Positions 54,556-64,000 of a DNA stretch of 64,000 bases are shown piece by piece. The DNA is from Balanoglossus misakiensis (Eukaryota > Animalia > Hemichordata), in the NCBI GenBank assembly GCA_040954595.2, contig JBECUI020000027.1:372001-436000 (forward strand), read 5' to 3'. Made by a program: the position numbers and the translations under genes. The notes under the pieces were generated by a model. The model did no database searches. It saw only the letters and a list, made by a program, of their open reading frames with translations, and was not told the DNA's origin. Every line of letters begins with the position of its first letter. The stretch's first letter is position 1.

Positions 54556-57139
54556 ATGAATGTATCTATCAACTCACTCACTCACTCACTCACTCACTCA
54601 CTCACTCACTCACTCACTTCCCCGCGTAAGAGATCAAAGAGAAACCTTAGCTAAAGCTAAAAAACTCCTCCTTCTCCCCCTCGTTTTTTACATCTTAACT
54701 TCCTGTGCTAATCCTGCTGCTCCTACCTTTGAAGCGCTTAGCTACCGGGACGAAGGCAGGGAAATCACCATTACTGGTCTGGCAAACCAAGACATCAGCA
54801 GCTTAAGCATACCCCCTTTCATTCATAACAAGCCCGTCACGGCCATTGCCAAGGCAGCCTTTAAAAATTCATCCCTCAGCAGCGTGAGTATTCCAGACAG
54901 CGTAATTACCATAGGAGACGAAGCTTTCAACGCATCGGCTTCCTTAAGCGAAGTGCACATGGGTAAGGGCTTAACCTCCATAGGCAATCTGGCCTTCGCC
55001 GGGACGGCTCTGAGCAATCTGACCATCTTGCCCCCAAGGGCCCCCAGTTTTGCAGGCAGCCCCGCTGAAGCCTTCCCCGCATCTCTAACAGAAATCACCC
55101 TAAGTTATCCCATAGGATCCACAGGCTACTCCGAAGCCCCTTGGAGCAGCATTAGCCAACACCTTCAGTTTCTGGACCCCGATGTCATTGAAAACGTAGA
55201 CCCCGCACTGCAAAGCATCATCATCAGCCTGAAAGCCCTACCTGGCCTCACCATCACCGTAGAAGCCCACACCGAAGCCTCATTCGCTGGCACTGCTGCC
55301 GCAACGGCAGACTCAGACCCAACGGCAACAACTTCCCAAAAACTAACCTTAAGCAACCTCACCGACGGAACCTCTTATCACCTGCGGGCTAGGGCTTACC
55401 AAGACAACCCGGACAACTCCACCGAATGGATCAATCTTCCCACTTCCTACTCTCCCCGCGGCATCGTCATTATTGATGCCACCCCCAGTTCGGGAAAAAT
55501 CACGGTTGACGTTGAAGCTTCTGAAGGGATGGAAGCAAAACTCCAGGCATTCATCGACAAGGATTTTAGCATTATAATCAAAGAAGACTTCTTTACAGGC
55601 AGCCTCGACTCTCAAACAGTGGAAATAGACGGACTCAGCAAGGAAACCACCTACTACCTGCGGGCCCTGCTCAGTGACGGCAGCGCTGAGCACCGTTATT
55701 CCACCCCCCTCATCCCCACCGCCGACGGCAAGCAGTACATCCACCGCCTGAGCGAACTGGCCAAAATCGGAGTGGATACGGAAAACTACCCCGATAACTG
55801 GAACTACGAGTTAAAAATGAACCTCAACTTTGCCGACGCCAACAACGACGGGGTTATGGATGACCCCTTTGACAGCGACGACAATGCCGATAACGGTAAC
55901 TGGACACCTCTTGCCCCTGGGGTTTATAGCGATACTGGAGTCTACCAAAGCGGTGGGTATGAGGGGAGCTTTGACGGTATGAACCGCAGCATTGAGGGAA
56001 TGATTATCACGACCCCTGAAGAGAATCGAGTCGGTTTATTTGAGGTCGTTGCTGCCAAAGGGAAAATCGAGAATCTGGGGCTGCTGGGGGGCTCTGTCTT
56101 GGGGAATGCTAACGTAGGTACTTTGGTCGGTTATAGCCGAGGTACCATAAGCGGAAGCTATGCCACTGGAGATGTCTCGGGGCAGGGTGCTTTTGTGGGT
56201 GGCTTGCTTGGGTATAGTACTGGTAGCATAGCAGACAGCTATGCTACCGGGGCAGTTACGGGGCAGGGCGACTATGTGGGTGGTTTGGTTGGATATACGA
56301 GAGGACCCATAACAGGAAGCTATGCCACCGGTAATGTCTCGGGGCAGGGCCACACTGTTGGTGGTTTGCTTGGGTTCAGCTTAGCTCTCATAACAAACAG
56401 CCATGCCACTGGGGATGTCTCAGGGCTGGGCGATAAGACGGGTGGTTTGGTTGGAAGCAGCACAAGGAATATAATAGGCAGCTATGCTACCGGGGCAGTT
56501 ACGGGGCAGAGCGGCTATGTGGGTGGCTTGGTTGGATATGTTGCTGGTGGTACCATAACGAATAATTATGCCACTGGGTCAGTCACGGGGACGACTGCCG
56601 TTGGCGGCTTGGTCGGACTATTGTGGACAGATACGAATAATCCCATAAGGGGTAGCTATGCCACTGGGTCAGTCACGGGGACGACTACCGTTGGCGGCTT
56701 GGTCGGTGAGATCATTGCTGGTCCCATAACGAACAGCTATGCCACCGGAGATGTCTCGGGGGAACGATCCGTAGGTGGCCTGGTCGGAGTTAGCAGTGCT
56801 ACCATAACAAACAGTTATGCCACCGGAGCTGTCTCGGCAACCATTGAGAACATTGGGAGGTTGCTAGGAAGACCGTCTCAAGATACCATAAGGAACAGCT
56901 ACTACTATGACAACCAGACCATCACCCCCCCTGACAACGTCACTCCCAACACCGAAGGCAGCGCCGTAACCCTGGAACAACTAAAAACCTCAACCTGGTA
57001 CACCGGAACCGACACGGACAATCTAGGCTGGTCCAACGATGCTTGGATCATCGACGGCCGGGTCAACGGTACTACCCCCTTCCACCCCCACATCAAAAAC
57101 CTTCCAGACCAGCCCGACATCCCCCTTCCAACACTCTAA
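54556..57139 (+). CDS. Phase-variable LRR/FN3-like/GLUG lipoprotein 2 ((ACTC)11 at 54572-54615)
   Basis: Paralog of gene 1; in frame from ATG 54560, out of frame from ATG 54556. Confidence 0.9.
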
Positions 57140-57140
57140 C

Positions 57141-58235
57141 CATCCCGCCCTCCAAGCCCCCCCCTCTGGGAGGGGGCTTGGAAGGCTTCCCCGCCAAGGC
57201 CATACAGCCCCACCTCACCCCCAAACCCTAGCCTGAACCTCTCCCCGCAATCCCAAGGGAAGCCCTATCCCTAACCATCACCCCCCCTCCCAAGCCCCTA
57301 GGCCCACACCCCCGCAAAGGCGGGGATGATGCCTCTACCAGCAATCCCGCCCTCCAAGCCCCCCCCTCTGGGAGGGGGCTTGGAAGGCTTCCCCGCCAAG
57401 GCCATACAGCCCCACCTCACCCCCCAAACCCTAGCCTGAACCTCTCCCCGCAATCCCAAGGGAAGCCCTATCCCTAACCATCACCCCCCCCTCCCAAGAC
57501 ACCCCCGCAAAGGCGGGGATGATGCCTCTACCAGCAATCCCGCCCTCCAAGCCCCCCCCTCTGGGAGGGGCCTTGGAAGGCTTCCCCGCCAAGGCCATAC
57601 AACCCCACCTCACCCCCAAACCCTAGCCTGAACCTCTCCCCGCAATCCCAAGGGAAGCCCTATCCCTAACCATCACCCCCCCCTCCCAAGACACCCCCGC
57701 AAAGGCGGGGATGATGCCTCTACCAGCAATCCCGCCCTCCAAGCCCCCCCCTCTGGGAGGGGCCTTGGAAGGCTTCCCCCCAAGGCCATACAGCCCCATC
57801 TCACCCCCAAACCCTAGTCTGCACCTCTCCCCGCAATCCCAAGGGAAGCCCTATCCCTACCAGCAATCCCGTCAAGCAAACCCGCCCCCCAAAGCCCCCC
57901 CACTTCGGGCGGGACTTGGAAGGCTTCCCCCCAAGGCCATACAGCCCCATCTCACCCCCAAACCCTAGTCTGCACCTCTCCCCGCAATCCCAAGGGAAGC
58001 CCTATCCCTACCAGCAATCCCGTCAAGCAAACCCGCCCCCCAAAGCCCCCCCACTTCGGGCGGGACTTGGAAGGCTTCCCCCCAAAGGCCATACAGCCCC
58101 ACCTCACCCCCAAACCCTAGCCTGAACCTCTCCCCGCAATCCCAAGGGAAGCCCTATCCCTACCAGCAATCCCGTCAAGCAAACCCGCCCCCCAAAGCCC
58201 CCCCACTTCGGGCGGGACTTGGAAGGCTTCCCCCA
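57141..58235 (+). repeat. C-rich tandem repeats, 7 core copies with ~150-200 bp periods and embedded hairpins
   Basis: GGAAGGCTTCCCC core near 57180, 57382, 57575, 57767, 57918, 58069 and 58221; hairpins CCAAGCCCCCCCTCTGGGAGGGGGCTTGG and CCCGCAAAGGCGGG. Confidence 0.9.
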
Positions 58236-58494
58236 ACAGACCAGACTACCTCCCAAACCACTCCTTTCTAATACCAACCTCCACTCCCAAGACCATACTT
58301 CCCATAAAACAGAAAATAATCTTTTAAAAACTTGGTTTTCCCTCTAAAACGCAATAAGCTTTTATACCGTAGTGTCCTTATTCAATATTACTGCTCAATC
58401 AAAAAGTCTTAGACCTAAGGACAAGACTTGACAAAAAAGTATCACTACGATAAGTTAGACCAAGTAAAATCAAACTTTTAAGGAGACCCAGCAT

Positions 58495-61411
58495 ATGAAA
58501 CATATGAATTTATTGACCAACTCACTCACTCACTCACTCACTCACTCACTCACTCACTCACTCACTCACTCACTCACTCACTCACTCACTTTCCCGCGTA
58601 AGAGGTCAAAGGAAAACCTTAGCTGAAAGAGTCACCCTTTTACCCCTTGCCTTCTACCTTTTAAGCTCCTGTAATAACCCCGCTGCTCCTTCCTTTGAAG
58701 CGGTCACCTACCGGGACAACGGCACGGAAATCACCATTACTGGTCTGGCAACACAAGACAGCACAACCCTCACCATACCCTCAGTCATTCAAGACAAGCC
58801 TGTGACCACCATAGCCAAAGCAGCCTTTAAAAACTCATCCCTTACCAGCGTAACCATACCAGACACTGTAAAAACCATAGAAGATGAAGCCTTTAACGCA
58901 TCGGCCTCCCTTGCTGAAGTTCACCTAGGAAAAGGCATTAGCTCCATAGGAAGCCTGGCCTTCGCCGCTACGGCCCTGACCAAGCTGACCATCTTAGCCC
59001 CAACGTCCCCCAGCTTTACAGGCAGCCCCGCCGAAGCCTTTCCTTCATCCTTAACGGCTATTACCTTAAACTACCCCATCGGCTCTACCGGCTACTCAGA
59101 AGCCCCCTGGAGCGGCTTCGGCACACAAAAAGCGGTCCTGGACCCCGCTGTCATTGAAAACGTAGACCCCGAACATCAAAGCATCATCATCAGCCTCAAA
59201 GCCCTACCTGGCATCACCATCACCGTAGCAGCTTACACCGAACCTGGCTTTACTGAACCTGCCGCCGCAACGGCAGACTCTGACCCAACGGCAACAGCAG
59301 CCCAGGACATAACCTTGACCGGCCTGACAAACGAAACCCCCTACTACCTGCGGGCAAAAGCATACCAAGACGACCCAGAAAACCCCACAGACTGGATAGA
59401 ACTCTCAAGCAACCCCAGTATCCCAAGACCACACCCCACAGTCAGCATAGAAGGGGTTAGTCTCGACTCTGCCAATCTCACCCTTATCCTCAGCATCAAA
59501 GCCCTAAGCGGGGTCACCATCACTGCCTCGGTACACAACCAGGCTGACTACTCAGACCAAGCCGTGGCCTCAGAATCCCTCGAAGCCTCAGGAGAGAGAG
59601 AAGAGATAAGTTTTACTGGCATGACCAGAGGAAATCCCTACTACATTCGACTTCAGGGCCTAAACTCCCAAGGGGAAACAAGCGACTGGACAGAAGCCCC
59701 CGGCAATCCCTACATCCTTCCCATCGCCCGCATTACCGATGCCATACCCCGTTCAGGAAAGATAACGGCCATGGTTGAGGCTCTCGAAGGTACAGAAGCA
59801 AAAATCCAGGCCTCCACAAATAAAGATTTCACGACGATCACCAAGGAACTCACCTTTACTGGCGAGGGCCTGGGCAACGAGAAAGCCCTGGTAATAGACG
59901 GGCTCATTGATGATAGCACCCACTACCTGCGTACCCTCCTGAGTGACGACAGCGCTGAGTACCGCTATTCCACGCCCCTCATCCCCACAGCCGACGGCAC
60001 GCAGCACATCCACCGCCTAAGCGAACTGGCTAAAATCGGAGTGGATACGGAAAACTACCCCGATAACTGGAACTACGAGTTAAAAACAAACCTCAACTTC
60101 GCTGACGCCGACAACGATGGGGTTATGGATGACCCCTTCGACAGCGACGATGATGCCGATAACGGTAACTGGACACCTCTTACTCCTGGAACTTATGACA
60201 ACGATGGAAACTACGTAAGCGGTGGATATGCTGGGAACTTTGATGGTAAAAAACACAGTATCGAGGGAATGAGCATCACGACACCTGAAGCTAATAGAGT
60301 CGGTTTTTTTAATTCTATGCTTGCTGGAGGTCAAATTAAGGATCTGGGGCTGCTGGGGGGCTCTGTCTCGGGGAATGCTAGCGTAGGTACTTTGGTCGGT
60401 TATAGCCGAGGTACCATAAGCGGAAGCTATGCCACTGGAGATGTCTCGGGACAGGGCCAATATGTGGGTGGTTTGCTTGGGTATAGTACTGGTAGCATAG
60501 CAGGCAGCTATGCTACCGGGGATATCTCGGGAGATCAAGTCGTGGGTGGTTTGGTTGGAGATACGAGAGGACCCATAACAGGAAGCTATGCCACCGGTAA
60601 TGTCTCGGGGCAGGGCCAAAATGTGGGTGGTTTGGTTGGAGAGAATAATGGGGGCATAACAGATAGCCATGCCACTGGGGATGTCTCGGGGGAAGAAACC
60701 GTAGGTGGTTTGGTTGGAAGCAACTCAAGGAATATAACAGGAAGCTATGCCACCGGTAATGTCTCGGGGCAGGGCCAAAATGTGGGTGGTTTGCTTGGGT
60801 ATGGTGGTGGTGGTACCATAACGAATAGTTATGCCACTGGGTCAGTCACGGGGACAAGTGCCCTTGGCGGCTTGGTCGGACAATTGTGGACAGATACGAA
60901 TAATCCCATAAGGGGTAGCTATGCCACTGGGTCAGTCACGGGGACAAGTGCCCTTGGCGGCTTGGTCGGTTCGATCTTTGCTGGTCCCATAACGAACAGC
61001 TATGCCACCGGAGATGTCTCGGGGGAACAAGTCGTAGGTGGTTTGGTCGGACAACAGTACTCTGCTCATTTTATAACAAACAGTTATGCCACCGGAGCTG
61101 TCTCGGCAACCATTGAGAACATTGGGAGGTTGCTAGGAGGAAGACAGTCTCAAGGTACCATAAGGAACAGCTACTACTATGACAACCAGACCATCACCCC
61201 CCCTGACAACGTCACTCCCAACACCGAAGGCAGCGCCGTAACCCTGGAACAACTAAAAACCTCAACCTGGTACACCGGAACCGACATGGGCAATCTAGGC
61301 TGGTCCAACGATGCTTGGATCATCGACGGCCGGGTCAACGGTACTACCCCCTTCCACCCCCACATCAAAAACCTTCCAGACCAGCCCGACATCCCCCTTC
61401 CAACTCTCTAA
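58495..61411 (+). CDS. Phase-variable LRR/FN3-like/GLUG lipoprotein 3 ((ACTC)17 at 58520-58587, OFF)
   Basis: AGGAG-ATG AAA CAT ATG AAT TTA TTG ACC AAC, then the tract, then shifted-frame LSRVRGQRKTLAERVTLLPLAFYLLSSC continuing into ORF 58802-61411; carries one extra FN3-like module. Confidence 0.9.
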
Positions 61412-61739
61412 CCATCACCCCCCTGCATTCGCGGGGGGGGGACCAAGCAAGTCTCACACCAGTCCCTTATTCTCCTGGGCTTCCCAGCCCTCTAAGCCTC
61501 CCGCATTCCAGCCACCCACTCCAAGACTAAGAATCGGAAGGAATAGGGTTTGAACCGATCTTCAAGTTGCTTCTGTTTGCTTGGTCTACTTCTCATCTAC
61601 ACAAGAGGCAAAGGATGGGGGATGATAGCCGAAAAGCCTAGAAAAGCAAAAATTATGGAAAATTCTGAAAAAGGAATCGTACTCCCAGGACCTTCTGAGT
61701 CTTTGATGCGTTTGAGGCATCATCCAGGCCAAGGGCCTC

Positions 61740-62090
61740 ACAATTCCACCTGCCCCTCACCGAAGGAGAATAGGCCCTGGGAATCTGGTGAACCGAGACT
61801 TCACAGGAGCCTAGCCGAAGTCCTTGTTGCTTGCTGACTTCATCTATGTATTGACTTGGCAGAGCTGTGCCTATGTTGCCTTCATCAGCGAGATTTTTTC
61901 CCAGAAGATCGTCGGTTGGAAACCCAAATGCTCAATGAAAACTGACTTAACTCTCAACGCACTAAACCCTGCTACTGGCCTGATTTATCATAGCGATAGC
62001 GGCACTCAGTATCGGTCGCTGTTCAGACCGGCTAACTAAAGTCATCCCTTAAGCCTTCGATTGGGAGCAGGGGGAATGTGACTGTAAAAG
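61740..62090 (+). mobile_element. Degenerate IS3-family transposase (OrfB/rve) remnant
   Basis: LVNRDFT / ADFIYVLTW...YVAFISEIFSQKIVGW...IYHSDSGTQY / KPSIGSRG, in broken frames. Confidence 0.8.
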
Positions 62091-62147
62091 CTCAAAAGTC
62101 TCTACAACAACCACCGTAGACGCACCTGGCAGAGAAAGAACAATACT

Positions 62148-63551
62148 TCATCGCTCCAAAGAACTGGGCTTGTCCGGTTCATCACGAAAAAATTCTTTTT
62201 CCAACCCATAGTCCCGTATCTTGCGGTACAGGGTCTTTCTGCCTATTCCCAAGGTCTCGGCCGCCAGGCTCTTGTTTCCTCCAAGAGTGCTCAAAGTGGT
62301 CCGTATAATAGCCTTTACGGCCTCGTCCATGGTGGTACCCACGGAAATCCTTATAACATCTTTTTCATGACGTCCCGTTATTTGGGGAGAAAGATCTTCC
62401 AGAGTTAACAAGGGCCCCTTGCCCAGAATAATGGCACTTTCGATAATGTTCCGAAGCTCCCGCACATTTCCCGGCCAAGAATAGGTACGAAGGGCCATAA
62501 GAGCTTTGGGTTCCAAGCCTTCAAACTGCTTGTTATTCTCCTTAGAAAATTCCCGTAGAAAGGCAGCTACCAGAAGAGGAATATCTTCCTGCCTTTCCCG
62601 CAGGGGAGGCAAAGAAACCTCAATAACGTTCAAGCGGTAGTACAGATCCTCCCGGAACCGGCCGTTGGCCACCTCCTGCCGAAGGTCTCGGTTTGTGGCT
62701 GCGATTATCCTCACATCAACAGACAGGCTCTGCTCTCCGCCAACACGCTCAAAAACCCTTTCCTGCAGAACCCTAAGAATTTTAATCTGTATGGCCTGGT
62801 TGATTTCTCCTATTTCATCTAAGAAGATAGTTCCCCCATCAGCCAGCTCAAACCTTCCCTTACGCAGCCCGGAGGCTCCGGTAAAGGAACCCTTCTCGTG
62901 ACCAAAAAGCTCGCTTTCCAAAAGTGTTTCGGAAAGGGCGGCACAGTGTACCTTAACCAGGGGAGCATCCTTCCGAGGGGAATGGCGGTGAATCGCATTG
63001 ACCACCAACTCCTTTCCCGTTCCGCTTTCTCCGGTAATCAGTATTGAAGCTTTGGTGGGGCCAACCTGTTCAATAAGGTCAAAGATCCGCTTCATTGGGC
63101 TGCTTCTGCCAAGAAGAACCAGATCTTGCCTTTTCTGTTCCAGACGATTGACTTCTTCTTGAAGCGCCCGGTGTTTCATGATGAGTTCACGGGTAGAAAG
63201 GGCTCTTTTTGTCAACAGAGCTAGACGGTCCAGGTTTACAGGCTTAGTTAAAAAATCATAGGCCCCGTCCCGCATAGCCTTTACGGCATTCTCCACAGTA
63301 CCATGACCAGTAAGGATGATAACCGGAACGGTGGGATAGGCCGAAACAAGTCTTTTAAGGAGTTCTTCTCCCGAGAGCTTGGGCATCTTGAGATCGGCAA
63401 TTACCAAGTCAATTTCTGTCTTGATCATCATTTTGAGTGCCCCCTGGGCATCGGAGACCTGGAAAACCTTGTAGCCTTCCAGTTCCATTGCCCGAGTTAG
63501 GCCTTCGCGAATGTTCTTCTCGTCGTCAACGATCAAGATCCGAAATGTCAT
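62148..63551 (-). CDS. rrp2: Sigma54-dependent NtrC-family response regulator (Rrp2)
   Basis: REC domain ILIVDDEKNIREG, GESGTGKE, ESELFGHEKGSFTGA, WPGNVREL, C-terminal Fis HTH; downstream of a kinase as in spirochaete hk2-rrp2. Confidence 0.92.
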   Translation of the reverse strand: MTFRILIVDDEKNIREGLTRAMELEGYKVFQVSDAQGALKMMIKTEIDLVIADLKMPKLSGEELLKRLVSAYPTVPVIILTGHGTVENAVKAMRDGAYDFLTKPVNLDRLALLTKRALSTRELIMKHRALQEEVNRLEQKRQDLVLLGRSSPMKRIFDLIEQVGPTKASILITGESGTGKELVVNAIHRHSPRKDAPLVKVHCAALSETLLESELFGHEKGSFTGASGLRKGRFELADGGTIFLDEIGEINQAIQIKILRVLQERVFERVGGEQSLSVDVRIIAATNRDLRQEVANGRFREDLYYRLNVIEVSLPPLRERQEDIPLLVAAFLREFSKENNKQFEGLEPKALMALRTYSWPGNVRELRNIIESAIILGKGPLLTLEDLSPQITGRHEKDVIRISVGTTMDEAVKAIIRTTLSTLGGNKSLAAETLGIGRKTLYRKIRDYGLEKEFFRDEPDKPSSLER

Positions 63552-64000
63552 GACTCATCTCCTGTCAATAACCGCTGTTCTGTCTGGGGGATTGGTAGGA
63601 ATATTCTAAAATTGGTGCCCCGGCCAGGATTGGAAGCAATTTGAATTTCTCCTCCATGTTCCCTGATAACCTTGTACACCACGGTAAGTCCCAGACCCGA
63701 ACCAGTTTCCTTGGTGGTATAGTAAGGCTCAAAAATCTTTCCCTGAAGCTCTTCAGGAATGCCTGTACCCGTATCCTTGACCGAAAGAAGTAACTGATCC
63801 CCTTCTCGACAGGTCTGGATTCTGAGTTCCCCCCCAGAGGGCATGGCTGCCAAGGCATTTTTAATAATGTTCAGCAATGCCTGCTTCATTGCAGTTTCGT
63901 CCATGACTATGCGGGGCAGGGTTTCTTCAAGAAGCAGGACAACATTTACCCGGGATTCTTCCATTTCGTAACAGAGAAACTGTATAAGGTCTGTTATTAA
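63548..64000 (-). CDS. hk2: Sensor histidine kinase (Hk2), HATPase part; 5' end lies outside the window
   Basis: QALLNIIKNA, DTGTGI, IFEPYYTTKETGSGLGL; frame open to the window end; ATGA overlap with rrp2. Confidence 0.85.
   Translation of the reverse strand, partial: LITDLIQFLCYEMEESRVNVVLLLEETLPRIVMDETAMKQALLNIIKNALAAMPSGGELRIQTCREGDQLLLSVKDTGTGIPEELQGKIFEPYYTTKETGSGLGLTVVYKVIREHGGEIQIASNPGRGTNFRIFLPIPQTEQRLLTGDES

Noticed and set aside
53708-58235. Possible CRISPR arrays
   Set aside because: Units repeat in full with no unique spacers, and no cas genes are in the window.
62148-64000. Hk2-Rrp2 as dedicated regulator of the adjacent lipoprotein locus
   Set aside because: The lipoprotein promoters look sigma70-like and I found no -24/-12 motif; adjacency alone is not evidence.

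Overview
Spirochaete (Spirochaetota) chromosomal window. The core genes include a TP0854/TP0855/UPF0164-like cluster, a LysM lipoprotein pair and hk2-rrp2. They are flanked by two accessory regions of paralogous surface lipoprotein genes. The main signal is a slipped-strand phase-variation system with 13 (ACTC)n tracts, each a few codons after an ATG and, in the 12 gene-linked cases, inside a lipoprotein signal-peptide n-region. Nine tracts belong to a lipoprotein family (eight copies in a ~1.63 kb-period tandem array plus one displaced copy, 8.9-26.5 kb). Its C-terminal domain resembles a cysteine-less V-set immunoglobulin fold with three CDR-like hypervariable segments. Three tracts belong to LRR/GLUG beta-helix lipoprotein paralogs (51-61 kb) separated by G/C-rich tandem repeats, and one tract is orphaned. 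As assembled, all 12 genes are out of frame with their best-placed ATG. The window also holds a >1700 aa BspA-type LRR repeat lipoprotein missed by the ORF track, four small tandem lipoproteins next to a probable Flavo-1 RNA, a carotenoid oxygenase and an IS3 remnant. Homopolymer indels, mainly at 18.9-21.4 kb, suggest some sequencing error, so frame calls need read-level confirmation.
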